From Epiperipatus broadwayi (taxonomy: Eukaryota > Animalia > Onychophora), in the NCBI GenBank assembly GCA_028023455.1, contig JAQFVV010000003.1:13888001-13952000 (forward strand): a stretch of 64,000 bases of DNA, in the 5' to 3' direction. The notes under the pieces were generated by a model. That model was not told the origin of the DNA, did not search any database, and saw only the letters and a list, made by a program, of their open reading frames with translations. The number at the start of each line of letters is the position of its first letter. Position 1 is the stretch's first letter. The position numbers and the translations under genes were made by a program. Below are positions 1-13,770 of the stretch, in pieces.

Positions 1-303
1 ATTAGGCAAGGCTAACCTTTTTTTTTTTTCATTAGTTAAGTGTGCTTAAACATGCTTTACATAAAAGAAATAATATAAAACAACCATATACATAAAAAAC
101 AAAACAAAAGTTAATATCACGATGAAATATAATTTTAACACTGAACAATATTTATCATAATTGATGTTCAATAAATATATGAGAGGAAACTTTTCTGAAA
201 CTATATATGTATAAAATAAGAAAAACAAATCGTTTCTTAAAATATAAAACTTCTTAGGAAATATAATTTAAAACTAACAATATTGCTTTAAAAATATATA
301 TAT

Positions 304-1191
304 TGTAACGGTTATATTTGTACATTCACGCAACAAAATTCAGAGTTTCAGCAAATTATCCCAAAACTGATCTAGATGAGGAGTGGAGACCTCGAATCAG
401 ACTACATTTCAGTTCCTTCACGAACACTCTGTGATTTACTACCCTATGGATGACAGATATGAGATTACAATCGGCCTCTTTTAGTTCGCGTGCCGGTAGC
501 AGCAAAGGATGAAGTATGAGACTCAGGGAATAATGACCAAATTAATAATTAACTAACTAAACACATACACATATGGCTGACTAGATAATGCATATATTAA
601 TAATTAACAATAAATTAAAATAGATTTGGATAAGATTTAGGATGAGTTGCGAATAATACACTAAGCATTTTATAAGTTTTAAGATATTTAATTATTAAAT
701 CATAAGTTAATTAATACAAATGGAAGTGCTTTGGGATTTACACTGACAGGTGTTTTACAATGATGAGAGAGTTAGATACAAGATCTCATCTTTAGAATGC
801 ATTTTAAATCATTTAATTTTAAGTTTATTACAATTATTATTATCTACGGTTTATACTCATGCATGAATTATGCTATGCCATTCCTACGAGGTTTGTTAAG
901 AATTAAGTTTATAAGAATGATAATGATAAAATATAACTAAATTTATTAATAATACATAATGAGCAATAAAGATACTCCCTATGCAGATTGTTTTATATAA
1001 ATTAGATCGAATATTCAGATCAATGCTGAACTGAATAATAATATGGAGAGACAAACTGATGTTTTGCAGTGTAGTTTCAGAGACTACGGCACTACATAAA
1101 TTAAATAAGGGTTGCAGCCCGAATGTGCAATTACTCATGGGATTCAGTAGCAAGTACTCGGTTCCTGTGGACCGTACGACTTGCTATTACA
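304..1191. mobile_element. Possible solo LTR or LTR-like repeat
   Basis: Higher-complexity block bounded by TGTAA...TTACA inverted termini, with an internal AATAAA. No matching target-site duplication (TSD) and no coding homology seen. Confidence 0.3.
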
Positions 1192-3164
1192 AAATACAAA
1201 GACCATTTAGTTCTGGTGATCAGAGCAGCTTAAAATATGGTTCTGGACCCTCATGTTCCAGTTCTAGAAAAAGAACTGTCCGAACTAATCATAATGGGAT
1301 GGCATTAAATCATAAGCCCATTTTAATAAGAATATATATATATATATAGCAAGGTGTATAGCATGTGTGTGCTTTATAAAGACATATTCACAATGCTTTC
1401 CAAAATATCAAATATTATATTAAACTAAAGCACTAACTCTATAGTTTAAATCTGCAAAATTACCATATGCCAGTTCGTGAATTAGCATATGTAAAATATG
1501 GTAAAAAGGGGATTAATTAAAGTGATCTAGTTTACAGATTAAATCCGAATAGTTTATACCATAAACTAAGGAGGAAAAAATATATTTGGGACTTAACTAA
1601 TTATTTATAGTATGCTTTATAATATTACTCTTGTATTAACTAACTGGATATAATTTACTAACATGCAAACCTTAATTATGGTAAGCTAAAACATAGTAGC
1701 TTAACTAAATATATATATATATAATAGGTATCAAGATGGAGATTTATGTTTGCTAAAGAAGCAATATAAACCATTTACAAGAGAGCTTCTAATCGTCTCT
1801 CCAAATTATTAATATTAATAATCTCCGTTTTGAATCATGGCATATCATAAAATCACTACAATAACAAATAATATAAAAGAGAATAGGTATGACCACAGAT
1901 TAGGACAGTATAGATATAATAACTGCTTACAGTTATTATGTTAGAAAAATTATTGAATTAGAATTTCATTTAACATAGGCAAGATTCTTACAATTATTAT
2001 TAATTTTAAAATTACATTAAATTATATTACGGAGTTTAATTTAATTTTATTAGAAAACATTTAGCAGTTATAAATTGTGAACGTTCAATTGTATAGCTAG
2101 AGTAGAAACTTTTAGAATAATTTTAATTTTAGATTTATTTTAAACAGCTCTGTGGGAAAAAATGTTACCAATCTTCTGCTAGCTGAGACATCTTTCATGG
2201 CATTTGGCATAGGCATTCTTCATGGGCTACTTGTCTGATGTCTTCATGGCAGGCTGTTAATCTTAAACTCCTCCATTCCAAGAGACCGGTCTTCCAAAGA
2301 AAGACAGCAATTTGTTGTCTTCTAGCTGTTTTCATTTTTAAATTGGACATAGCCTCCGGTAGCAAAACATTTCAATAATTTAAGAGTGAACTTTAGTGTT
2401 TGATTTAGGGTTTTTTTTAGATTAACTCTTTTATTCCCCCCTGCAAAAGCCATGAACTTGTTTACAGTTTATAAAATTTTTATCTTAAGTTTTAACATAT
2501 CTTTATTAAGTTTAGAGAAAATGTCAGTGATTCATAAAATTGTGCAGCTTGTCTGCTTTTCTTTTGTCTTAAAATCTATATTAGAATTTATTTTAAAAAT
2601 CTGCTTTTGGTTTCCACAAAATTAAATCAGGTGCGTGTGACCTGAGATTTTCCAAGAATCAGATGATCTTTTAAAGAGATTTAAGTTTTGTAAACATTCT
2701 GCTATATGTGTAATCTTGTCACCTCTGGAATTGAAATTTATATGCAAATAAAAGAAATTTGTACTTTAATTTTATGATAACTTAAAGATAGAAAAATTTA
2801 AATAGTGTTGCAATGCTTATAAAATCTATTACATTGCATCTTCATTCGTATATATATGTAGGTGCTCTCCTACACATATAACAATGTTTACACAATCTAC
2901 TTTATTTATTAATTTAATTTACAATTGAGTATACATATTATAACTATGCATATACAGACATTAATATCTATGTACACAAATATACAAATATATGCACATA
3001 CACGTAAATATACGCAATTATACATTAAATACATTAATATGTGATCATATATGTGGACTTGGAGGGGGTTAAACTAAGGAAAGAATACTACTATGGGGCA
3101 TAGTAGGTGAAACAGGATGTTAGACAAAATAATACTGTTTCAATATATATGTATATTAAAAGCA

Positions 3165-3450
3165 ATTTGAACCAGACATTCAAGCTCCCTAACACTATTC
3201 ACTCAATCTTATAACTGATACCCATTACACATACATGAGCAAAAGATAAATGATCAATATATGCATTTTGTTCATCAGTTAATTCAGATCAGCATCTCCC
3301 ATACACACATATAAACTCAGTGCTCAATTTATATTAAGATAGCAAATTTTCAAACTTTAATGAGCAGGCTTCAATCTACTCAATCTTCCAACTCTTAAGC
3401 CATTTATATCATTGAAAATCTGATGATGGAATGCTGAAAATCTCTTGTTG
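3165..3450 (-). repeat. Family C (HHR-bearing repeat) copy, with ribozyme stem II deleted
   Basis: Aligns by eye to 22435-22686 and 40915-41680. The minus strand at 3280-3254 reads aaCTGATGA-acAAAATGCATATATTGA. Confidence 0.7.
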
Positions 3451-3864
3451 AGTGAGTGAGCACAAGAGAGAGAGAGAGCGAGAGAAAAGCATATCATACT
3501 CAAATTTTAAAAACTGGAATATAAAAAAAAATACTATTTATAATATATACAATCACATATGTGCATGTGAGATGTCAATTGCACATGTGAAATTTTTTAG
3601 TTTGATATCTATGAAATTGTCAACTTTCTTGAAATTTTATTCACAAAGCCCTCTATATTTTTAAAAAGTATATGACATTTTTTATTTTGACTGTAAACAT
3701 TAATTTATTTAAAATGTTTTCCAAATAAACTAAGTGATTTGTAATTACTATGATTTTTCTTTATCTAATACATATGAAATAGGGATTCACGTCATTCATT
3801 TTTGAACTCCCCACCACACACCTTTTATATCAAGATAAATATAAAAATCCTAAATTGTGTCTAT

Positions 3865-4300
3865 CAACACCTATGGATTTAAGAAATTAGGGAACTTATC
3901 TAAAATAGTTTAGACTCACATTGCACTGCCAGTGATAATTTGAACAAATTATATTGAATATTAATGTTTTAAACCTTGATTTTAAAATGTTATACAAATA
4001 AACCTTGAAACAAACCAAATGAGATTTGTTTTTTAAAAAAAAATCTTTATATATAGCACCCTCTCATGCGCATTACTGAAAACATAAATTCAAGTGATAT
4101 CAACATCTTGGAAACTTGAACTCAAAATCCACCAACCCTTCTGGATTTAGAAAACTAGGAAAACTATCTAAAAAATTTTAATAGCATATTGAATTACTAA
4201 TGATTTATAATAATATATATTAACACTAGATTTTAAAATTTTATCCAAATAAAACCTTAAAACAAACAAACAGAGATTCTGATTTAAATAAAAACATTTA
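3865..4300. repeat. Degenerate tandem duplication, about 260-bp period
   Basis: The blocks tggattta-gaaa...tatctaaaa...gattttaaaat...aaacctt..aaacaaac occur twice. Confidence 0.5.
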
Positions 4301-4805
4301 AAAAATATTTTAACTTTCTTTTATTTAAATATTTAGTAGCAAAAAATGAAATATATTTTATTTCTTTTTGAAATTAATATCTACTGAATATTTTTCATGC
4401 ACATACACATAAATGTACATGAAACCTATTTATTAATGTTTTTAAACTACTAATTTTTTAAACCAATTTACTGCAACAGTAACTATTCTAACCAGTAACT
4501 GCTATTTCTGCCTATCTTATGCGCCTTGGGAATCAAACAGTTTCAATATCAAACCAACTTCCTACAAGTTAAAAAATTTAATTAATAATGCTATGCACAA
4601 TTTTAAACCAACTTTTTAGATAAATATATGGATTTTATTAATAATTATTCATTACATCAGATTTTTATATTAGCCACTTATATAATTTCAAAATTATTTA
4701 AAGATCAATATATGTTATTATAATCATGCATATATTTCCTTGTTTTCATACACATATAACATTAAATATATTTATTTGAAAACTGCACATTTCAAACAAA
4801 TGAAG

Positions 4806-4870
4806 ATCAAGATCAACTGATGACTTTAGTTTAGCAGATATGCATTAAGGGAAACATTTGTCTTTTACTG
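4806..4870 (+). repeat. Family C HHR remnant
   Basis: gatcaaCTGATGActttagtttAGCAgatatgcatt...catttgtctttt resembles the family C ribozyme and its downstream flank. Confidence 0.45.
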
Positions 4871-5106
4871 ATCCATTTATTCATTTGTTTGGGTTGTGAT
4901 AGCATTAGGCAGAAAATTTCTAGGATATATACAATATATACATTGTAAAGATAAGCCAGAAACTCAATTATTAAGGATGCATTATATTATAATACTTGTA
5001 TCAAACCCACATGATCACCCCAATTATTTTTGGACTTCTTACCTAGGCATCTATTTAAAGGTTAACAAAGGCTTTGTCAGTCACTTAAAAAATATGGCAA
5101 ATTCTT

Positions 5107-5171
5107 CGAAATTTGAAGCCCATGGAATGAGCTTGATAGGGGAATGTACTAACCATTACACCATGAACTCC
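5107..5171 (-). repeat. tRNA-derived SINE-like head
   Basis: The minus strand has an A-box-like TGGTGTAATGG and a degenerate B-box GGCTTCAAATTTC at tRNA-like spacing. Confidence 0.4.
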
Positions 5172-6182
5172 TTTTAACCAAGCTTTAGACCATTGACATT
5201 AATATTATTGTACTTTATATGGCATATTTCTATATCACTATATAAATGTGAAAGTTTGTTTGTGACTTTATAACTCAACAAATATTGCACCAATCTTGAA
5301 GAGTCTTGGATGATTTTCTTTCTCTTTTTGGTATAGAATTTTACTAGCCTATAATTTTTTTGCTTTGTTTTTTAAAAAAATTGTAATTTGTGATATAAAA
5401 ATGCTTGGAAAATCTGTATTATAACCTAGTGTTAAATGATGTCATAAAAATGCAAAAAGAGAGAGTACTGATTAAAAGATTATAAAATTGGAAATTTTTT
5501 AAAATGAAAATTATAGTTTTTGATATAAAATTTGTATTGTAAATATATTTTAAATACATTAAATTGTGTTTATACCATATATTTTATTTCTCACTTGAAT
5601 AATGACAATTTAGATCAATTATAATAATGAATTTGATAAATTTTTAGGATCTTAATTTAAATATATATTCAGCACGTTATAAGTAAAATTAAAAATGGCA
5701 TGGGAAAAGAGAAATACTATTGCATTTGATAAAAATTTACTATGAAATTGATAAATTTTTAAGGATGTCAGTTTAAATATATTTAGCACATGATAAAGTA
5801 AATTTTAAAATGCCATGAGTACAGTGAAAGAATTGAATTTGATAAACTAATATCACTCCCCTTTAAGTCTATTGTCATGTGATAAAGTAAGTTTTAAATA
5901 AATATATAATTAATATGCGAGAAGATTAAATTGTAAAACGGCATGGGTATTTGTTTAATTTTAAAGGTACTAAAATACTAATATAGATACAATAATAAAA
6001 AGATAGGCTAAATAGAAAAAAAAATAAGCATAAGAGGTTGGCTTCTATTATTCTAAAAAATTCCAACTTACAACTTACAACTTACTTTTCTACAGTATTG
6101 CAAAAAAAATTTTTTTTTCTCTATCTTTTATTTAATATTTAATTTTATTTGCTAACATAGAGATAGTATGCAATTTAGACAG

Positions 6183-6394
6183 TAAGAATTTTTCATCCTA
6201 ACATATGCACTGTACTGTTTTTATAATATCTCAATGATGTCTTGTTGAGTATTAAGGAAACTTTTGAACTAAGACACAAGATAGATTTTAGAAAAGGGTG
6301 GGTATCTTAACTTTAAACCTACTTTCTAGTTACATAGACACATTGACATATTATAAAAACAGTACAGCACATGTGTTAGGATGAAAAATCCTTA
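6183..6394. mobile_element. MITE-like element with about 53-bp terminal inverted repeats
   Basis: 6183-6235 (taagaatttttcatcctaacatatgcactgtactgtttttataatatctcaatg) is the near reverse complement of 6341-6394. TA at both ends. Confidence 0.65.
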
Positions 6395-6745
6395 TATTCT
6401 ATCCTTTATCTATCTATTTATCTACTTATCCTCTATATATACATAGGCTATGGATTTTTGCTTTATGATATTTAGCTCAATTTAAGCAATAAATCAATAA
6501 AAATAAATGCAAGTAGTAGCCTCACATTATTTATATTAAAAAATATTGACTTAAAATAATTTTTAAAAAGCTGACTTTTCTACTGTATTTATTAAAAATT
6601 ATCAAATACAATAAATTTTTTACTTTTAAAATTAATAAGTATGTGTAATAAATCAACAATCTTTTATTAAGTGCTTTATAAATTATATACTTTAAGCAAT
6701 ATTAAAAATTATCCAGTCCAATATATTTTTATTATCATTTATTTA

Positions 6746-7190
6746 TATCATCATTATCAACCATTAACAATCCACTGCAGGATGAAGATCTCTCTAAGTT
6801 CTATCCATCTTCTCTAATCTCTAGCCTCTCTTCTCCACATCATCCTCTCTTTCTGGGTCTTTTACAATCCCTTGAAATCCAGTTTAAGATTTCAAATGTC
6901 CATCTATTATCATCTCTTCTAGCAATATGTCCAACCTAACTACATTTCAGTCTTTTAATTCTTTCAACAATGTCAGTAACACTTGTTTGTTCTCTTACCC
7001 ATCTATTGCATTTTTGATCTCTTCTTATATATATAATACATGCTAATATATTACAATCTTTGTGGCAAATAGCTAAAGTATGTTTTGTTACCGAGTACAT
7101 GCATTGATTTAGAGATGGCACTTCATGTAGCTTGGAAAGAATACAACCGCTTTTTTACTTGGACACACTTATTACAATTACTGCCATTGT
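6746..7190 (-). mobile_element. RTE-clade LINE 3' end remnant
   Basis: The minus strand translates to IRRDQKCNRWVREQTSVTDIVERIKRLKCS*VGHIARRDDNRWTFEILNWISRDCKRPRKRG and ends in a cagtggattgttaatggttgataatgatgata tail typical of RTE elements. Confidence 0.75.
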
Positions 7191-8542
7191 CAATAATAAT
7201 GTGTTAATGAAGTTTATTAATCAAACCATACATAAAACATGAAAATGAATAAATAGTTAGGCATTTATGTCAATGTATAAAGAAAACCAAAAACTATCTC
7301 ATAAATTTATATTTTAACCAGGAAAATCAGCAGGAGACATTGGAGATTAAATCAGTCTCCCCCCCCCAATAAGTCAACACAATTATTATTTAAATTAGAT
7401 ATACATGATTCTATTCAAAAGAGATATATATATATACATTGAAAAGCACATAAATATGCATTACAAATAGAATGCCAGGAACTGTGTCTCTTGAAACTAA
7501 TTGCCATATATATATATGAATATTATATGCAATTATTCAAATTAGAAATGCATGATTCTGATCAATAATAATAATAAAACATGGGGGGAAAATGCATATT
7601 TAAATATATTATTTCTAATTAACATGCCAGAAACACATGTCATAAAACTAATTATTCTTTACAAATGCCCTATATGTTTTGATGCAATGATAAAACGTCC
7701 AATTTAAGACCAAGAGATTCCAAGATCAATTCTGGTGTTCAAACTTCTTATGAACTCCTGATCAACAAAGCTATTAGCCCCTTTTTGTTTTTATAAATTA
7801 TTATTTGTAATAATACAACTTTGTCCCATGTTTTTGTATTTTGACATGTCTTATATATATATCAGAGCATGTGCTAATGATCTGTAGTTAGTTATCAACT
7901 TAAAATCTTTTCTCTTTCCCTTATATAATAGTATAATTCTCACAACCATTAATCTGGAAACTTATGAGAACTATGATTTTATTAACACTTTCTTTTCGAT
8001 TAAATTTTGTATATTCTCCCAAATATTCAACTGTTGTTTTTCCTCTTTTCAATATATCTATTGTTCTATCCCATGTAATGATAGCTAATGAGAAATCACA
8101 CTGTTTAATTAAGAGCAAAGTAGGACAGTTATGTGATACTCTATACTTAATGTAATGACTTTCAAGTTGTCTCTATAATAGTACAAGAACTCTGAAAATA
8201 AAAATTCATTTATAAATTTACACGAATTTCTAATTTTTTAAATGTTTTGAATAATTTATTTAAAGATTGTGCATTCCACAATAATATCCGACTCTTTCTT
8301 TATTCATAGTTTCTATTTTTCTTTAAACTAAATATATCTAAAAATTGATAGACAATAAAAAATTTTTGATGCTATATGTCTAAAATAAATCTAAATCTAA
8401 ACAATATGGCACTTCAAAAAGTCTGAGTTTAATTTATTATTATGAAAAAAGGTTCTATTAAAGTGATGAAATCAAGGGAAAAAAAATGTAGTCTCTTTTA
8501 TTCCATTGTAAGTGAAATAAATGGTTAATGCATATTTAAATA

Positions 8543-8620
8543 ATACATTTCTAGTTGCACTCTAATCAAATGTAAATACTGATACATTTCTAGTTGCACT
8601 CTAATCAAATGTAAATACTG
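8543..8620. repeat. Exact 39-bp tandem duplication
   Basis: atacatttctagttgcactctaatcaaatgtaaatactg occurs twice in tandem. Confidence 0.95.
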
Positions 8621-8649
8621 AAAAAGTCAATGAATACTGAACACTAAGT

Positions 8650-9070
8650 GGTATAATAATCAATTATTTAAAAATAGCCAAGTGGATTTTTAGCAACAAA
8701 AGAATATAATACATGTAAAGGGAAAAATATGGGTGATTTAGTCTGTAAATTGTATAAGGAAGGAATAGAAAATATTAGGCATTTGTTAATTGAATGTAAA
8801 TGCTTGAAAACAGAAAGGGTAGAAATAATGAAGTTATGGAAGAATAAAGTGGATTATTGGTTTTTATGCTGGGTTTGGGAAAAGAAAAGGTACATATAAT
8901 GAAGTTATGGAAGAATAAATATGAAAAAAGTGATTATACAGAAAGTGAATTATTGGTTTTTATGGTAGGTTTGGGAAAAGATAAGGGTAATTTAGATATA
9001 AAGGCTATAGAATTGACAAACATTATGCTGTGGAAATGGGATGGAGCAGAATATGGGAAAATTTAGAGTG
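8650..9070 (+). mobile_element. LINE ORF2 C-terminal remnant (CCHC zinc-binding motif)
   Basis: LVCKLYKEGIENIRHLLIECKCLKTERVEIMKLWK resembles the C-LC...E...H.L..C motif; there is an internal duplication of about 70-100 bp. Confidence 0.5.
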
Positions 9071-11020
9071 GGGAATGGAAGATAAAGTGGCTAATAGGTT
9101 TCTCTGGGCATTGTTGCGGAGAGATTCCTGACTCCATTTAAGGAGAAGCCATATATAAATCCAAATGCCTGAAACTTAGCCAATTATAATTTTATATGAA
9201 AGTAAAATTTACTATCAGTTGTAGTATATATATTGTAAATAATGATTATAATGAAAAAATCAAATTTATCTCATTTTGTCATATCTTACTGTAAGCAGTA
9301 TCTCACATGTCTGTTTTGTATGGATCTGTATTATATATCTTTGTCATGTACATCGATTGTATTTTATTTTTTATGATCTATGGATATTTTTTTCTATTTT
9401 CATTAATATTTTATATTGCACTAAATTGGAACATTTTTTAAATCTTATTTAATTATCATTATGTGTAGAAATATTATATACATACACCATGAAATATTAC
9501 TCTGAAAAAACTTTTTAGTCTTTTAACTTGTCACTTTTTTCTTTGCTCGTTTACATTATATATTCTTATTTTTTGCAATTTTTTTATAATTACTTCCATT
9601 TCTATAATAAATTACAATTAATTAAAAGTTCTGTTTGCATAATATATGATATACAAAGCCTAATATTTGATACACAATATTTATTGTGAAATATTATTTC
9701 TTTTTTACCCTAGAAAGAAGCATACATGCAACAGATGGCTGCATAGAAAGACAAGATCTGAGTCAGCAAAAATGAAACTCTTCGGCATGTCTTATTTTTA
9801 ATGCTTTGCAATTAACAATTATCTCAAGTAAGTCATGTCATATACTTTTTTTAAAAAAAAATTCATAAGGAATCTGATTAAGCTGTCTAGAAAAGTGTGA
9901 AATTAAAATTTAATTCTCAAAATTTAGAATTTGTGAACTTATAACAAAATAAGCATTTGTAAAAGTATTAAAAAATTAATTTTTCTAATATTTTTTAAGG
10001 ATAATAACTATATTTTCTCAGCATTATGACATTCCATAGTATTTGATGCTTTTAACCACATACAGCCCTTCATATTTAGTGCATTAATTCTGAAAATCTT
10101 GTATAAATTGTATCATAATCCAATTGCTTAAAATTCAAAATGATGTCTGTTCAGTCTCAAAGTTGTCGACAAATGACAAGGTATTTTTTATTTATTTTTT
10201 CACATAGAATTTTGTAATACACAAAAATTCTTGGTATAAAAATAAAATCAATTATACACGAAAATTATGAAGCATAGTAATTCAAATGTTCATCTTGTAA
10301 ATTAAAAATAATGCATAAATTAACTATTCAAAGTTAAATAAACCAATCAATCAAATAACTGATAATATACATTTACTATTGTTGATATCACATTAAGATA
10401 ATCAAGTAATAATTTACTAAATTATTAAATTATTACTTAATATAATAATGGACGTTTAATAAAATTTATAATTACAACTTTAAATTAAGATAATCAATTA
10501 ATTTGCTCCTCAGGATAATTGTTTGGCAGCTTAGAATAGCTGTAAGTTTATAGATAGTATTTCAGTATAATATATAAGATACTTAACATATAAATACCAA
10601 ATCAGATTTCCTAGTATGAAATAATTCCAAAATTATCTTACAATTATCCAACATTTAAATATTATGACATAACCTAAAGTCCTAAAAAATCAGATTGGTC
10701 TTGTGTTTGATATTTATATGTTGGAGATTAATACTAGTTAGAAGCTTGCTGCAAAAATTGTGGTGTGTGTAAGCTGTGAAACAATTATACTGGAAGAGCT
10801 GAATGGTTATTTTGCTTTGATATTAAAGATATTAAGTGTAAGACAATAAAGCCAATTTACTCATGGCTTTAATAGGTTTATAAGTGTATAGATGATAACA
10901 ATCAATTCTTAAGTTATCAACAAGAAGGTTGTCTTGATTACGGTTGAGATTGTTAATAGTTTAAGAGTTGATTGCTATAAATATTAAGCAGATATTAGTG
11001 GCGATTTGATTGACTGGTTT

Positions 11021-11684
11021 TGTTGTATTTGACTTGATTTACAGGTTCGGTTCCAAACCAACAGAAAAGTAATGATAAACTCCTCAACAATTAATATATA
11101 TAAATTTATTAGTTACAAAATACAAATGTTAGTTAATCAATAATATAAATATAGATTATAGAATTAATGATGAGATAGTCGTACTGAGTGATGGAACTCA
11201 CTTCCAACTATATGATTAGCCTGCCTCATGAGTTCAACTATATGACTAGCCTGCCTCATGAGTTCAAGACTCTTCCAGTTGTACTGGACAGCTTACCTAG
11301 AGTCGGCTTTAGTTCAGACTCTTCCAGCTGTGCTCAGACAGCTTGCATCGAGTCAATTGCAGCCATAGCAGTTTCCAGTCTTAGGTGGATTTGCCACACT
11401 TCCTAGACCGATCAGTAGTGACTAGTGAAGATGTCCTTGCTGTAGGCAGAGGTTTCATTGGAGAGCATGCTCAGTCGTTCAGGTTGACAGAAGATAACGC
11501 TCTCTGCCTTGCCTCCAAAAAAATTGACTATTTATTGTCAGATCCCTTACTTTACTGGGAATATTCAGATTCAAAGTGCGAACCCCAATGAAGGATTCAT
11601 TCTCATTGGATAGCAAACAGATGCTAACCAATCAGGCAAGGAATCTGGAATAATCCACTTCTGACGACAAGGTCAGATATAAAA
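11021..11684 (-). repeat. 3' LTR
   Basis: Homologous to 14143-14774; starts tgttg on the plus strand; has an internal 30-bp tandem duplication near 11207-11266. Confidence 0.88.
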
Positions 11685-11697
11685 TCTCCCCCCCCCC
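11685..11697 (-). other. Polypurine tract
   Basis: G-run plus AGA on the minus strand, directly abutting the 3' LTR. Confidence 0.8.
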
Positions 11698-11699
11698 TA

Positions 11700-13430
11700 A
11701 AATTAGCCCTGGAAAACCTATTCATCGAGATGTGCTGGACGATGTATTGTTCACTTTGTTGGTGGTTCCCATTCATTGCTATTCATGGTTTCTTCTTCCT
11801 TGCTTGATGAACTTGTTCCTGGATGTTCGCTGCCACTTTCAATTTGATGTCCATGTTTCTAGCCTGATGTACTTGTCCCAGGTTGGTTACTGCTTTTGTC
11901 AGCTTTAGTGTAGTTCAGTCTTAGTTGATTGAGATGGTGATGATATTGATGACCATCTTCTGTTTGCATTACAACAGTATAGAGACCATTTAGTTGCGTT
12001 ACTACCACTGGTATCCATTTGGTGGACCTGTAGTACATTATGCATAGTACTGTGTATCTATTTGCACTTTTATTTTGCTTTTTTGGATCCAGGCTTCAGG
12101 GTTGGTAGAATAATTTGCAGGGGTCTGTTGAATAAGTTATGCTGGAGACTTCCCTGTTAAGAGCTGTGCTAGCAGTGTCCTGGCAATCCTGGTGTTCCAG
12201 GTTCCTGTGTCTATCTTTGTTATCAGCTTCTTAGCTTTTTGTACCAATCTCTCCACCCGACCGTTACTTTCAGGGTGAAATGGAGGGCTGTTCATGAGTT
12301 CAATGTTGTTATTAGAGTAGAAAGCTTTGAATGCACCAGCTGGCAAATAGCCTTCTCAGAGCTTCTATCATGGCTGTGGAGTGAAGAGACTTGGAGAATG
12401 AATCCACCACTATCAACAGCAGTTTTGCTTTCCATGCACCAGCATGGTCCAGATGGAATCTAGACCAGGACCCTTCAGGTTTGGGCCATTGAACTCTTTT
12501 GTCTTTTGCTGGAATGTTCTGATTCATCTTGCACTGCCAGCAGTGGTGGACTTTGGCTTCAATGTTAGCATTTAAGATAGGCCACCACATGTATGATTTT
12601 GGGCATCTTCATCCAGACTATCCCTGGGTATTCATAATACAACAAACTGAGTAACTGGGAATGTCTGGCTGGGGGAATTTTGACTCTGGATCCCCAGATA
12701 ATGCAGCCATGTTCAGTTGAGAGAGCCAACCTACATATCCATGAAGCTGAATGTAATTCCAACTGGTTTTTTATTAGGCCAATCCAATTGGACCCATTTT
12801 TGTAGCTTTTGGAATCCTGGGTCATTGTTAGTCCACCCTGCCACTGACTTGCTGTTCAGTAGTAAGGTTGGGTCTAGATCAATCATGTTATTTGATTGGC
12901 ATGATGATGTTAGACTGTCTATGACTTCTGCAGGCAATCGGCTTAATGCATCTGCATGAGGGATATACTTTCCCTCGACGTATTGAAGAGTAAAGTCATC
13001 GCCTGATAGGAAATTGAACCACTGCAGCATTCATGGTGAGGCATGCTGTGGGATTCCCTTATCAGGTACAAAGATCCCCCCGAGGATGATCTGTTTGAAG
13101 TATAAATGGTCTACAATATAGATAGTTTTGGAACTTTTTGAAGCCATTGATCAAATCCAGGGCCTCTCTAGCTATTTGAGCATAATTTTTCTTAGCTCTA
13201 GAGAGGCACTTTGATGCAAAAGTGATAGGATTGTGTGTTCAAACATTATTCCTATGGGACAACACTGCCCCCATCCCTACAGGTGATGGGCACAATCCAG
13301 CACTAGCACCTTTTCTGGATTGAAATGTGCCAGCACTGAAATATCTGATATTAAATTCTTTAGCATCTTAAATGCTTTGTCATGCTTATTGTCCCACTTC
13401 CAGACTGCTTTTTGTCTAGTGACCTGCAAG
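11700..13430 (-). pseudogene. Gypsy pol remnant (RT connection, RNase H, integrase)
   Basis: ORF-track fragments 12731-13030, 12565-12825, 12312-12590 and 12137-12346 join across frameshifts into RNase H plus integrase. Confidence 0.9.
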
Positions 13431-13531
13431 TAAAATATCAAGCATTCCTTATAATTTGACCACCCTCAAGTTGAGCTAGGTCAAAGGCTTCCATAGGACC
13501 GATTGCATTAGCCATAATTATTTATGCAAGG

Positions 13532-13770
13532 TACCACTTGTAATTATTTTAATACTACTGTTTGTAGCTATTCAAAATCAATTTTTTTTTTTATTTCAAA
13601 GTTACCACTCTTAATTTTTTACACTACTGTTTGTAACTATACAAAATGAAAATTTTTTTATTTCAGAGTTACCAATCTTAATTTTTACACTACTATTTGT
13701 AGCTGTTCACAATACATTTTTATTCTTTATTTCAGAGTTACCATTCTTAATTATTTACACTACTGTTTGA
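13532..13770. repeat. About 3.5 copies of a 67-71-bp unit in the retrotransposon 5' leader
   Basis: Units begin with tacca at 13532, 13603, 13670 and 13739, and share tactactgtttgtagct and ttatttcagagt. Confidence 0.85.

Noticed and set aside
3415-3445. Opposite-polarity second hammerhead in family C (CTGATGATGGAATGCT, also 22435-22455 minus)
   Set aside because: The box is shared, but GAAA is present in only one copy and neither has a consistent stem I or III. An ambisense, viroid-like reading is unsupported.
9714-9827. Plus-strand exon-like segment (tttaccctag ... gtaagt)
   Set aside because: Stops in all three frames and no partner exons. It could only be non-coding, and nothing else supports that.
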